A DNA stretch of 43,241 nucleotides. It comes from a virus (taxonomy: Duplodnaviria > Heunggongvirae > Uroviricota > Caudoviricetes). Positions 27,430 to 34,716 of the stretch are shown in pieces. The notes under the pieces are model-generated. The model did not search any database. It was not told the origin of the DNA and saw nothing but the letters and a program-made list of their open reading frames with translations. The DNA lies in the IMG/VR virus record IMGVR_UViG_2648501299_000008. One strand, written 5' to 3'. Position 1 is the stretch's first letter. The number at the start of each line of letters is the position of its first letter. The translations under genes and the position numbers were made by a program.

Positions 27430-27441
27430 GTTCTTCTTTTA

Positions 27442-27642
27442 TCAATATGAGTACAGTTGATGAGATTGTTGCTCTACAGCTTCAACTGAACTTACAGTGC
27501 TGTAGGAGTATAGAACACCACTACGTATAGCCTGGTCGTCTTGCTGAGCAAGAACGCGCATAGCATAGTGTTGTACAGATTCACCTTTATGGAGTTCCTC
27601 TGATTTAATACCTACTTTTTCGTAAAATTCTGCAGCGCCCAT
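27442..27642 (-). CDS. small protein of unknown function, upstream partner of the protease
   Basis: 66 aa with GAGGG Shine-Dalgarno; stop lies 12 nt before the protease start. Confidence 0.45.
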   Translation of the reverse strand: MGAAEFYEKVGIKSEELHKGESVQHYAMRVLAQQDDQAIRSGVLYSYSTVSSVEAVEQQSHQLYSY

Positions 27643-27726
27643 GATTTTGTCCCTCGTTATAGCTACATCTAGCTCAAAAACAAAACAACAAACACAAGAT
27701 GTAGTGATTTACGGTCTTTAAATACA

Positions 27727-27752
27727 CGAAAAGCCTCAAAACGAGGCTTTAA
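27727..27752 (-). terminator. short leader hairpin/terminator downstream of the candidate late promoter (tR'-like)
   Basis: AAGCCTC-N5-GAGGCTT stem at 27731-27749, followed on the minus-strand transcript by UUUCGUGUAUU; about 45 nt downstream of the predicted start. Confidence 0.4.
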
Positions 27753-27781
27753 AAGAGTCTTTTTGATAAAGAACTAAACAG

Positions 27782-27811
27782 ACTATAGCGAGTCAATTAC
27801 AGATTTGACAA
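27782..27811 (-). promoter_or_regulatory. sigma70-like promoter on the minus strand (candidate Q-dependent late promoter PR')
   Basis: Minus-strand TTGTCA (27806-27811), 18-nt spacer, TATAGT (27782-27787). Confidence 0.35.
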
Positions 27812-27909
27812 GTAAAAAAGGGATTAAAAGCTCATAAAAACGGCTTTTTTGGATTATTCATCATCTTTTTTGATGCACGTAACAATCCAAATATAAAAAC
27901 AAAGTTTCG

Positions 27910-27936
27910 ACAAAAAACCCGCTCGATGGCGGGTTC
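27910..27936 (-). terminator. strong rho-independent terminator just downstream of the Q-like gene
   Basis: Minus-strand AACCCGC-catcga-GCGGGTT followed by UUUUUUG. Confidence 0.6.
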
Positions 27937-28000
27937 TTAATTCTTTGTCGACCTACGAAGCTATGGCGACGATATCAGATTTACATGAAATATATGCGTT

Positions 28001-28690
28001 TCAATCCAGTTTTGCAAGACTTGAGTCTAAATTTGTCGCCTTTTGTTGTGAACGTGATCGCGTAACCTGCAATAAAGCCCCGCTATCCAGTCGCAGGAAG
28101 ATGCTGCGCATCTCAACCCAGCGGTCAGTAAAGGTCTCTGACCAGTTTTTTGGCGTTACGCCAACCAGCGACGCCAGCGCCTGATATTCGTACATCTCAC
28201 GCCCTGCCAGCTCTGCTTTCACGTCCTGAGCCGCGAGCCAGACAAGCTTCTTCAGGCGCTCCATCGTTTTGCCGGCCACCTTCTTCGCGCCGAGCTGCTC
28301 CCGGAACTCTGCCCACGCCCATTGAGTGATTTCCACCTGATAGCACCAGCGCACGTTCTCGCTATAGTTCCATAGCAGCCACGCTTTCTGGTGTTCTTCG
28401 AGTGACATCAGTGCGCGGCGCCACGATGCGCTGGAGTATTCAACCGGCTGCACCAGGGGAATATGCGAACCCTTGGCATGCGACTGCTTGCCCGGTATTG
28501 GCGGGTTATCCAGCGTAATCATTTCCCCGGTCACTTCATCCAGCACTCGAGGCTTTTTACGTTTAAACGTTCCCGTATCGAACTGCGCGTTTTCAAGCCA
28601 CGCCATCAACTGCCCTTTCGTCGCACCACTTAAATCGGCGGTGGCCACCATCAACTGCTGGCGCACGTATTCGAGAAATTGAGTATTCAT
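28001..28690 (-). CDS. late-gene antiterminator Q-like protein
   Basis: 229 aa immediately downstream of ylcG and rusA and upstream of the terminators, promoter and lysis genes. Assignment by synteny and size more than sequence. Confidence 0.5.
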   Translation of the reverse strand: MNTQFLEYVRQQLMVATADLSGATKGQLMAWLENAQFDTGTFKRKKPRVLDEVTGEMITLDNPPIPGKQSHAKGSHIPLVQPVEYSSASWRRALMSLEEHQKAWLLWNYSENVRWCYQVEITQWAWAEFREQLGAKKVAGKTMERLKKLVWLAAQDVKAELAGREMYEYQALASLVGVTPKNWSETFTDRWVEMRSIFLRLDSGALLQVTRSRSQQKATNLDSSLAKLD

Positions 28691-28824
28691 ACTGCACCGC
28701 CTATGGTTTTGATGTAGTTCTTCAGTATCCGGTAGTCCGTTAGCACAGAGCCGGGAAAGTGGTATAAGCGAAGCCGCTGCCAGCGAACGCGGAGGTGATC
28801 GGAAAAACAGGATTCAAATGTCAT
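28687..28824 (-). CDS. ylcG: YlcG-like small protein
   Basis: 45-aa [48 protein letters not shown]; ATGA overlaps with both the rusA stop and the Q start. Matches my recollection of E. coli DLP12 YlcG. Confidence 0.55.
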   Translation of the reverse strand: MTFESCFSDHLRVRWQRLRLYHFPGSVLTDYRILKNYIKTIGGAV

Positions 28825-29183
28825 ACGGCCTCCAGCCCGGTGATTGTCAGTTCCAGCTTTCCACCTTTGGTAACGGGCATCTTCACAACGCGATAATCAA
28901 CGACCTGAGCATCGTCCAGCCAGAAACCTGCTTTGGTGAGTGCGTCAAAAGCGGCCTTTTGCAGATTATCCAGGTCACGGCGACGGCGATCCGGCATGTG
29001 GCACTCAATGCGGATTTTCACAGGCATAGCCAGACCGATATCCAGCATTGCGTTTTTAATGATTCGGGCGACGTTATCGCGGTATGCCTGCCCTTCTGCG
29101 CTGATGTGCGTGCGCCCGCGATTATGGCGGTAGTAGCGGTTATTGCTCGGCGGCCAGGGCAATGTGATGTTGTAAGTATTCAC
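28821..29183 (-). CDS. rusA: Holliday junction resolvase RusA
   Basis: 120 aa from GTG at 29181-29183 with GAGGGGG Shine-Dalgarno. Sequence [26 protein letters not shown]...[43 protein letters not shown] is near-identical to E. coli RusA as I recall it. Confidence 0.9.
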   Translation of the reverse strand: MNTYNITLPWPPSNNRYYRHNRGRTHISAEGQAYRDNVARIIKNAMLDIGLAMPVKIRIECHMPDRRRRDLDNLQKAAFDALTKAGFWLDDAQVVDYRVVKMPVTKGGKLELTITGLEAV

Positions 29184-29470
29184 GCCTTGATTACCCCCTC
29201 TTTCAGCCAGATAACCTGCGTTCTCGCCATACCTTCCAGCGCGCATTCTTTAGCATACTCAGCATCGACAAAATGTGTACGGCGGTCGATCTCGTCGTGA
29301 CAGGCAGAGCATGCAATGGTGGCAATCAGATCAGGCGGTTTGATTCCGGTGCCACATAACCCGGCCAGGCGAATGTGCGCCAGTACAGACGTTTCCGGGT
29401 TACCGTTGCAGACGCCGGGAATTCGAACCTGACAATCACGACCACGAGCCTCTTTGCGTAAATTTGCCAT
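29180..29470 (-). CDS. YbcO-like nin-region protein (DUF1364-like, Cys-rich)
   Basis: 96 aa from the ATG at 29468-29470, with several Cys pairs; position immediately upstream of rusA. Confidence 0.5.
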   Translation of the reverse strand: MANLRKEARGRDCQVRIPGVCNGNPETSVLAHIRLAGLCGTGIKPPDLIATIACSACHDEIDRRTHFVDAEYAKECALEGMARTQVIWLKEGVIKA

Positions 29471-29472
29471 GC

Positions 29473-29679
29473 TCACCCCCACGCCTTGCTTTGCCATACC
29501 CGGCTCGGGCGAGGCGCGTTATCGCCTTCCGGCAATTGCGCGCTGACGGTCCAGGTGATGTTGTCGCGATTCAGGCTGCGCTCTGTCTTTACACCGCGCG
29601 CCCGGTATTTCTCCACCAGCTCGTCGGCCTGATCGGTTGTGCATTCGTGATGGTGGAACCAGGAATATTTCATCGCCAT
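29473..29679 (-). CDS. small nin-region protein of unknown function
   Basis: 68 aa from the ATG at 29677-29679 (MAMKYSWFHHHECT...), translationally coupled to the upstream gene. Confidence 0.4.
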   Translation of the reverse strand: MAMKYSWFHHHECTTDQADELVEKYRARGVKTERSLNRDNITWTVSAQLPEGDNAPRPSRVWQSKAWG

Positions 29680-30281
29680 CACCCCGCAAAGCTCATGAGC
29701 TGCGATGCGGCGTTTTCCGCTTCTCGCTGAGTCTTGAATGCCCGGGACAATACCCAGCGCCACAGAACATCGAGCGCGGCTTTGTACAGTTGCTGGAACT
29801 CGGTTTCGTCCATGTTAGCGAAGGCAATACTGCGGGGATGTTTGCGAAGTGTTCCGTCAGGAAGCTGAATAGCGTCATAGTGACCAGACTCGACAATTAC
29901 CCAGGCACGGTACGCGTCAAAGGATTTACACAGGCTGATCCCATTGGTAATTCGGCGACTGGCTACCTGCTCCAGATACCGCTCGGCAGCATCCAGAAGT
30001 GCACCTTCGTTTCCACCAAATGCCGCGAGGAATTTAGCGTACCCGGTCACCAATTTTCGTTCGTTGGAAGAGATCGCCCCTCCAGTGGGTTCCCAATATT
30101 CAAACCCGAGATTCAGGAGCGCAAAGAAACGGCGATGGAATGCGGGATTCCTCACCTGCCGGAACTCGGCCACCAGCACGGCGCCGAGTTTGATTTTTGA
30201 TTGCAGAATATCGCTGGTCTCCGGCGTCGCGGGGATCAGGATTCCTGAGGACTGCTTGATGAGTTGTAGTTCGTGCGCCAT
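29679..30281 (-). CDS. nin-region protein of unknown function
   Basis: 200 aa from the ATG at 30279-30281 with GGGGGAA Shine-Dalgarno; no family confirmed. Confidence 0.45.
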   Translation of the reverse strand: MAHELQLIKQSSGILIPATPETSDILQSKIKLGAVLVAEFRQVRNPAFHRRFFALLNLGFEYWEPTGGAISSNERKLVTGYAKFLAAFGGNEGALLDAAERYLEQVASRRITNGISLCKSFDAYRAWVIVESGHYDAIQLPDGTLRKHPRSIAFANMDETEFQQLYKAALDVLWRWVLSRAFKTQREAENAASQLMSFAG

Positions 30282-30381
30282 GGTTCCCCCGTGGCGCATC
30301 AAGTTGTCAGTTGTTCAGGCTGACACTGACATTATGTACAGCTGATAATGGAAAATCAAATGTTGCTTTTAGCTGAACTGA

Positions 30382-30633
30382 TTAATATTTGTAGCGGTTT
30401 TCAGGAAGAAATGCGTATTCGTAAGTGAAGTTGAACGCCTCACTTTCAGTGTTAAATCGGCGCTCGGTGATATCACTCCAGTGTCCCCTGAAATACTTCT
30501 GAGCCCCCCACTTTCCCTCGAATGGGAATACAGCATACGCACCGACATACCGGTTATCAGCATGCGGATCTGGATATGACTCGCGTTCTGCCAGAACGTA
30601 AAACTTGATGCCGCTTACAATGAGGCAGCCCAT
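30382..30633 (-). CDS. hypothetical small protein (third gene of a coupled three-gene operon)
   Basis: 83 aa; ATGA overlap with the upstream ORF stop. Confidence 0.4.
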   Translation of the reverse strand: MGCLIVSGIKFYVLAERESYPDPHADNRYVGAYAVFPFEGKWGAQKYFRGHWSDITERRFNTESEAFNFTYEYAFLPENRYKY

Positions 30634-30890
30634 CACTTCTTCTCGTTCTGCGCGGCCATATCCAGGTATCGCGGGTCGGATGATTTCGGTAGAGTCAGGC
30701 TTTGCTCTCGGTAGTAACGAACTCGCTCCATGAAGTATTCACGCAGATGATCTGGCTGCTCACGAGCTACCTGCTCAGCGATAACCGGCATGTTCAGGCG
30801 CTCTTTGTACGCTACGCCACTGGCAGCCAGGTCCACGTTAGCCTTGTCCTGCTCTTCTTTCGATTTTTCTGCGATATTAAAATGTGACAT
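30633..30890 (-). CDS. hypothetical small protein (second gene of the operon)
   Basis: 85 aa; TAATG overlap with the upstream ORF. Confidence 0.4.
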   Translation of the reverse strand: MSHFNIAEKSKEEQDKANVDLAASGVAYKERLNMPVIAEQVAREQPDHLREYFMERVRYYREQSLTLPKSSDPRYLDMAAQNEKK

Positions 30891-31072
30891 TAATCTGCTG
30901 TTCTCCCTCTTTTTTTCCTCGTTTCGTAAGGAGACCTGTAACCATCTACAGGGGCCACATCATCAGCCTCAAAGCGCTTAGCGTTTGCTATATCGGATTG
31001 AAGCCAGTGTTTTTTATATCGCTTCCTCGCCGCTTTGTATTTTTCGGCAGGTGTCATTTCTTCGTTTGACAT
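30890..31072 (-). CDS. hypothetical small basic protein (first gene of the operon)
   Basis: 60 aa from the ATG at 31070-31072 with AAGGGGA Shine-Dalgarno; preceded by a TATAAT element at 31100-31105. Confidence 0.4.
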   Translation of the reverse strand: MSNEEMTPAEKYKAARKRYKKHWLQSDIANAKRFEADDVAPVDGYRSPYETRKKRGRTAD

Positions 31073-31086
31073 AAAAAATCCCCTTG

Positions 31087-31106
31087 AGTTATGGAGGGGA
31101 TTATAG
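31087..31106 (-). promoter_or_regulatory. candidate -10 element and leader (TATAATCCCCTCC) for the small-gene operon
   Basis: Minus-strand TATAAT followed by CCCCTCC...AAGGGGA leader. A near-identical promoter-leader precedes the secreted-protein gene at 31569. Confidence 0.35.
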
Positions 31107-31227
31107 GTCAGGCCGCGATTTGTTTCGACTGGCATAGTTCCGGCAGGTTAGCCCTCACCAGTGCTACAGCGAACGGGGGCACAGCCAAAAATAAAAACCG
31201 CCTAACCTGGTTGAAATTCGTTCTATT

Positions 31228-31569
31228 TTATTTGCAGGTAAATTGCACTACATCACCCTGAGACATTTGAAAGAATCGGTAATCACCATCTCCACGTCTT
31301 TGTATAATATTGCCCTCTTTAGTCGCACCAGATGGGTATGTCTTTCCTTCCGGTTTTTCTGGCCTAATCTTGCTTGTGGTGTAAGAAATGGTCCCAAAGT
31401 TAACTGTTATTGAATTTCCGATGTCAGTTATATTTGCCTTTACTTCGCCGGATTTTACTTCATTTGAGGTCATACTCCTTGCTATTCCAGAGCATACATA
31501 TTCCTTTGCTTCAACGGCATGGGGCATAAGAAAGCCAATTCCTAACAACGTGATCGCCAAATATTTCAC
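31228..31569 (-). CDS. secreted small protein, MliC/PliC-like lysozyme-inhibitor candidate
   Basis: 113 aa from GTG at 31567-31569 with AAGGAG Shine-Dalgarno. Predicted signal peptide MKYLAITLLGIGFLMPHAVEA|KEYVC. Mature protein has EY.C near the N-terminus, a central YPSGATKEG segment and a C-terminal Cys, reminiscent of the MliC/PliC family (from memory). Confidence 0.45.
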   Translation of the reverse strand: MKYLAITLLGIGFLMPHAVEAKEYVCSGIARSMTSNEVKSGEVKANITDIGNSITVNFGTISYTTSKIRPEKPEGKTYPSGATKEGNIIQRRGDGDYRFFQMSQGDVVQFTCK

Positions 31570-31597
31570 TTTATCTTCTCCTTGATGAGTCCCCCTC

Positions 31598-31620
31598 GAT
31601 ACTTTGGGAGGGATTATACA
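31598..31620 (-). promoter_or_regulatory. candidate promoter (TGTATAAT) and leader for the secreted-protein gene
   Basis: Minus-strand TGTATAAT (31613-31620) followed by CCCTCCC...GAGGGGGA, in which the C-rich stretch can pair with the Shine-Dalgarno region. Confidence 0.35.
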
Positions 31621-31731
31621 AAAGAAAAGTGTGGTCATGGCTATTTTTGGTAATGTTATTCGATGATAATTCACTTTATTTTTTAAATCATAATGCTATA
31701 TTTCTTTCACCCCTTGCTTGCAAGGTACAAC

Positions 31732-31823
31732 GGAGGGTTGGCCGAGTGGTTGATGGCACCTCACTGATAATGAGGCGTACGGGCTATAAACCCGTACCGC
31801 GGGTTCGAACCCCGCACCCTATT
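31732..31823 (+). tRNA. tRNA-like element, class-II (long variable arm) architecture, anticodon GAU; probably degenerate
   Basis: Hand fold: acceptor GGAGGGT/ACCCTAT (5 Watson-Crick pairs, one G-U, one G-A mismatch); 3-bp D stem GCC/GGC with GAGTGGTTGAT loop; anticodon stem CCTCA/TGAGG with loop CTGATAA; 23-nt variable arm with 7-bp stem; T arm GCGGG-TTCGAAC-CCCGC; no encoded CCA. Confidence 0.45.
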
Positions 31824-31824
31824 T

Positions 31825-31860
31825 AAGGGGTCGACAAATGTCGGCCCCTTCTTCGTTTTA
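31825..31860 (+). terminator. hairpin/terminator immediately 3' of the tRNA-like element
   Basis: 10-bp stem AAGGGGTCGA...TCGGCCCCTT followed by CTTCGTTTTA. Confidence 0.4.
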
Positions 31861-31911
31861 TACATCAAATTTGGCTCTACCCGCACCGCATTCCTACCTG
31901 CTAAAACTTCA

Positions 31912-32043
31912 TCAATCACCTGCCATTGCGTAGCCGAGATTACCGCCGTCGCTTTGTGCTGCTGCTTTTATGAGTATTTCCTGTATCTCGTGCAGACGAT
32001 CGAGTGATACAGGACCGTTCACCGGGTGGTTGTTAATTGTCAT
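31912..32043 (-). CDS. small hypothetical protein downstream of the methylase-like gene
   Basis: 43-aa ORF whose ATG overlaps the stop of the restored methylase frame (TAACCATG). Confidence 0.3.
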   Translation of the reverse strand: MTINNHPVNGPVSLDRLHEIQEILIKAAAQSDGGNLGYAMAGD

Positions 32044-32045
32044 GG

Positions 32046-32523
32046 TTAGTCCTTCACAAAGATAATCCAATGGGTTTTGTCGTTCTTCCCAGTACGCTGA
32101 CCAATTGCAGGTTTCACGTCAGTAAGAGCTAAAATCTGGCTAACCGGGATCTGCGTTTCGTTCCATTTGAAAATAAGCACGCCGCGCGGCCACAGCACCC
32201 GAAACGCTTCTTTGAAACCGGCGCGTAAGTCAGAGCGCCACGTTTTTTTTGTTCAGTCGCCCGTATTTTTTACCCATCCAGGCAGACTGGCCCACGCGCT
32301 CGAGGTGCGGCGGGTCAAACACCACAACCGGAAAAGAAGAATCAGCGAACGGCAGTGAACGAAAGTCTGAAATCAGGTCTGGACTGATAACCAGGCGGCG
32401 ACCGTCGCACAGTTCGTGCTCTTCGGCGCGAATATCAGTGAACACGGCGCGGGTGTCCTGCTTGTTGAACCAGAACATGCGGGAGCCGCAGCACATATCA
32501 AGAATCGTCGTGTTGTCGGTCAT
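32046..32523 (-). pseudogene. DNA adenine-methyltransferase-like gene interrupted by a frameshift in an A8 homopolymer
   Basis: N-terminal frame (ATG 32521-32523) encodes ILDMCCGS and VVVFDPPH motifs, then stops at 32230 just after the A8 run (T8 on plus strand, 32243-32250). The adjacent frame continues ...TWRSDLRAGFKEAFRVLWPRGVLIFKWNE... to a stop at 32046. Removing one A gives a continuous ORF of about 159 aa. Confidence 0.55.
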
Positions 32524-32831
32524 ACTGATGCTCTCCCGTAAAACGCCAGTACACGCTGCATAGCCGGACTTGTGCGGCATACGGATGTGACCATGTTTTT
32601 TCTCACTTTCGATTTGAGTTGCTTGATATTCTGCTCGCCACCGGGCTGAAGCGAATAGACCGGGCGATGCGGCTCGCCAGTGCGGATTACTACCGTTTTG
32701 CGTACTAGGTGAAGCAGCAGGTTGTGTGCCTTCTTGCAGTCGCATCCCAGCAGGCTCTGAACCTGACGAGGGGTTATGGTCTGGTTAACCCGAAGGAAAT
32801 CGACGATTGCCCACAGTGATTTGCTTGCCAT
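32520..32831 (-). CDS. hypothetical protein (possible winged-helix DNA-binding protein) downstream of the DnaC-like gene
   Basis: 103 aa with GAGGG Shine-Dalgarno; coupled to the flanking genes. Confidence 0.4.
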   Translation of the reverse strand: MASKSLWAIVDFLRVNQTITPRQVQSLLGCDCKKAHNLLLHLVRKTVVIRTGEPHRPVYSLQPGGEQNIKQLKSKVRKNMVTSVCRTSPAMQRVLAFYGRASV

Positions 32832-32849
32832 AGTGATTTGCCCTCGAAG

Positions 32850-33599
32850 TTATTTAACGATCCGGAGATGGCTAACGTTCTTGCGATAGCTGCCCCAGTC
32901 AAAGTTCACCCACATTCCGCCATCCATCTGGAGACGGTCGATAACCCGCGCACCCAACGCCACGAGAAGCTCGTCGTGGTTCAGGTTTGTCAGGATCCCC
33001 ACCGGACGCATCGACGACAGGCGACGGTCGATAACCTGATTCAGAATGACTTTCTCGCCGTTACTTCCACGCTGAATACCGACTTCATCCAGCACCAGCA
33101 GATCGACTTTGCAGAGGTCATCCAGCAATGCGGCCTCTGACTGACCACCGTCGTAGCACTCGCGAACGCGTAGCATCAGGTCAGGGATAGTGACGACCAG
33201 CACGCTATGCCCGCCAGAAAGCAAATGATTTCCGATTGCTGCAGCGAGATGGTTTTTCCCGGTACCAGGGCCACCGCTAAACACGAAGCTCGCGAACCCA
33301 GCACCGAAATTCTGTGCGTAGCTCTTTGCCATCGTGAAGGCTTTGCGCTGCCCTTCCCCGGATACATGGTAATTCTCGAAAGTGCAGCTGCGGTGCAGGC
33401 TTTGAATTCCTGAGCGACCGAAAATTTTCTCTGTCCGGGCTTTCTGATTCAGCCTGTCCAGTTCTTCACACCGCTTCAGGCCTTCTTCCCTCTGCCATGC
33501 CAGCAGCTCTTCCGCGCTGGTGAACTTCGGCTGAACTCCTGGCGGAATGAGTTTCTTCAGGCGCTCAAGAGCGCTGCCAGAATTAACAATGTTTTTCAC
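32850..33599 (-). CDS. DnaC-like replicative helicase loader (IstB-like AAA+ ATPase)
   Basis: 249 aa closely paralleling E. coli DnaC over its length as I recall it (MKN...EELLAWQ...SGIQSLHRSCTFENY...FSGGPGTGKNHLAAAI...DLLVLDEVG...). Walker A GPGTGKNH. Confidence 0.85.
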   Translation of the reverse strand: MKNIVNSGSALERLKKLIPPGVQPKFTSAEELLAWQREEGLKRCEELDRLNQKARTEKIFGRSGIQSLHRSCTFENYHVSGEGQRKAFTMAKSYAQNFGAGFASFVFSGGPGTGKNHLAAAIGNHLLSGGHSVLVVTIPDLMLRVRECYDGGQSEAALLDDLCKVDLLVLDEVGIQRGSNGEKVILNQVIDRRLSSMRPVGILTNLNHDELLVALGARVIDRLQMDGGMWVNFDWGSYRKNVSHLRIVK

Positions 33600-33601
33600 C
33601 G

Positions 33602-34549
33602 TTACCCCCTGAACCCGGTCGGGATGGTTTTATCTGGCTCAGAAATTCGGTTGGGATCTCGCTGTCCAACATGGACGGTCCTTTGGCCGTGACCACGCGA
33701 TTGCAACAGACTGTTGGCAAAGGTCTGCTCCCAAGCCAACTGGTGTTTAACCTTGCCGTCAGGTATCCAGTAATCACGGAATTGCTGGAGCTCTTCAGCG
33801 GTGTAACCTGGCTCAGTGCCGACGTTCTTACCCCAGAGCGCAGCCTGACGCACGAAGTCTGGAGACGGGGTCCATGAGTCAGTGATCGGAAATTTACCCA
33901 ATGGGCCAAAATCCAGACCGGGCCCAAAATCCTCGTTCTGAGGTTTGGGAGGGATAGCTGGCAGAGGTGGGTGATTTCCAGAAATATCATCCCCAGAATG
34001 ACTTCCGCCCGCGCGTTCTCTCTCTGGGTTTAGATCTTCTCTTCTCTTCTCTTCTCTGTGGTTACGCGTTACGTTATTAGTAACGTTACTCGTTACGTTA
34101 CTTTCCTGGAGTTTTTTCCGTTCACGAAACTCCTTCTGGCGCTGCGCATTTGTCTTGGCCGTAGCTGAGCGCATATCACCTGACGTATTGTATTCATTGA
34201 AGTTTGGAAGAATGACGCAGTTATTCTCCGCATCATAAATGGCCCAGCCTACGGTTGATAATGCAGCCCCAAAACCGGGTACTCCGACAATATCATCGAT
34301 ATCAGACAGGTCTGCATTTTCAAATACACCGTTACGCGAGTGTTCATTTGCCGCAGACCAAAACGTTACTAGTAACGACACCGTAACGTTACGGGTTACG
34401 TTACGCGTTACAACGTCTGATAACGTGGTGTTATGCGAAAGTGTGAACATTTTTCCCACCTCCGGTGAACGCTCCAGTATTCGCGCAATTCCGTTCACCT
34501 TCGGGCTGGTGACCAGTGATGTACGCATCTTTATCCAGTCTCCGGCCAT
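33602..34549 (-). CDS. replication initiator (O-like N-terminal domain with DnaT-like C-terminal domain)
   Basis: 315 aa from the ATG at 34547-34549 with AGGAGG Shine-Dalgarno. Internal iteron clusters encode NVT-repeat peptides. Position between the cro/YdaT-like genes and the DnaC-like gene. Confidence 0.65.
   Translation of the reverse strand: MAGDWIKMRTSLVTSPKVNGIARILERSPEVGKMFTLSHNTTLSDVVTRNVTRNVTVSLLVTFWSAANEHSRNGVFENADLSDIDDIVGVPGFGAALSTVGWAIYDAENNCVILPNFNEYNTSGDMRSATAKTNAQRQKEFRERKKLQESNVTSNVTNNVTRNHREEKRREDLNPERERAGGSHSGDDISGNHPPLPAIPPKPQNEDFGPGLDFGPLGKFPITDSWTPSPDFVRQAALWGKNVGTEPGYTAEELQQFRDYWIPDGKVKHQLAWEQTFANSLLQSRGHGQRTVHVGQRDPNRISEPDKTIPTGFRG
34030..34415. repeat. iteron clusters (GTTACG/CGTAAC-based) and (TCTTC)n tract inside the initiator gene; candidate origin of replication
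   Basis: (TCTTC)x4-5 at 34035-34057; GTTACGCGTTACGTTATTAGTAACGTTACTCGTTACGTTAC at 34060-34101; second cluster at 34361-34412. Confidence 0.5.
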
Positions 34550-34716
34550 TAAGTCCTCCTGAAGAATAATTAAGGGAAGATTTATCCAGTCGCGGTCCGA
34601 CACGCTGGCAAAACAATTTGTTGTTAGGCATACTTACCCCGCAATGATTTCGCAATGAATTGCACCAGAAAGCCGTTGGTGTTCGCGCACCGCGGCTTTC
34701 GCCATTTTTGAACCGG

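Noticed and set aside
31728-31830. tRNA encoded on the minus strand.
   Set aside because: The GGTTCGAA T-loop motif would sit at the 5' end of a minus-strand transcript; only the plus-strand orientation gives a cloverleaf.
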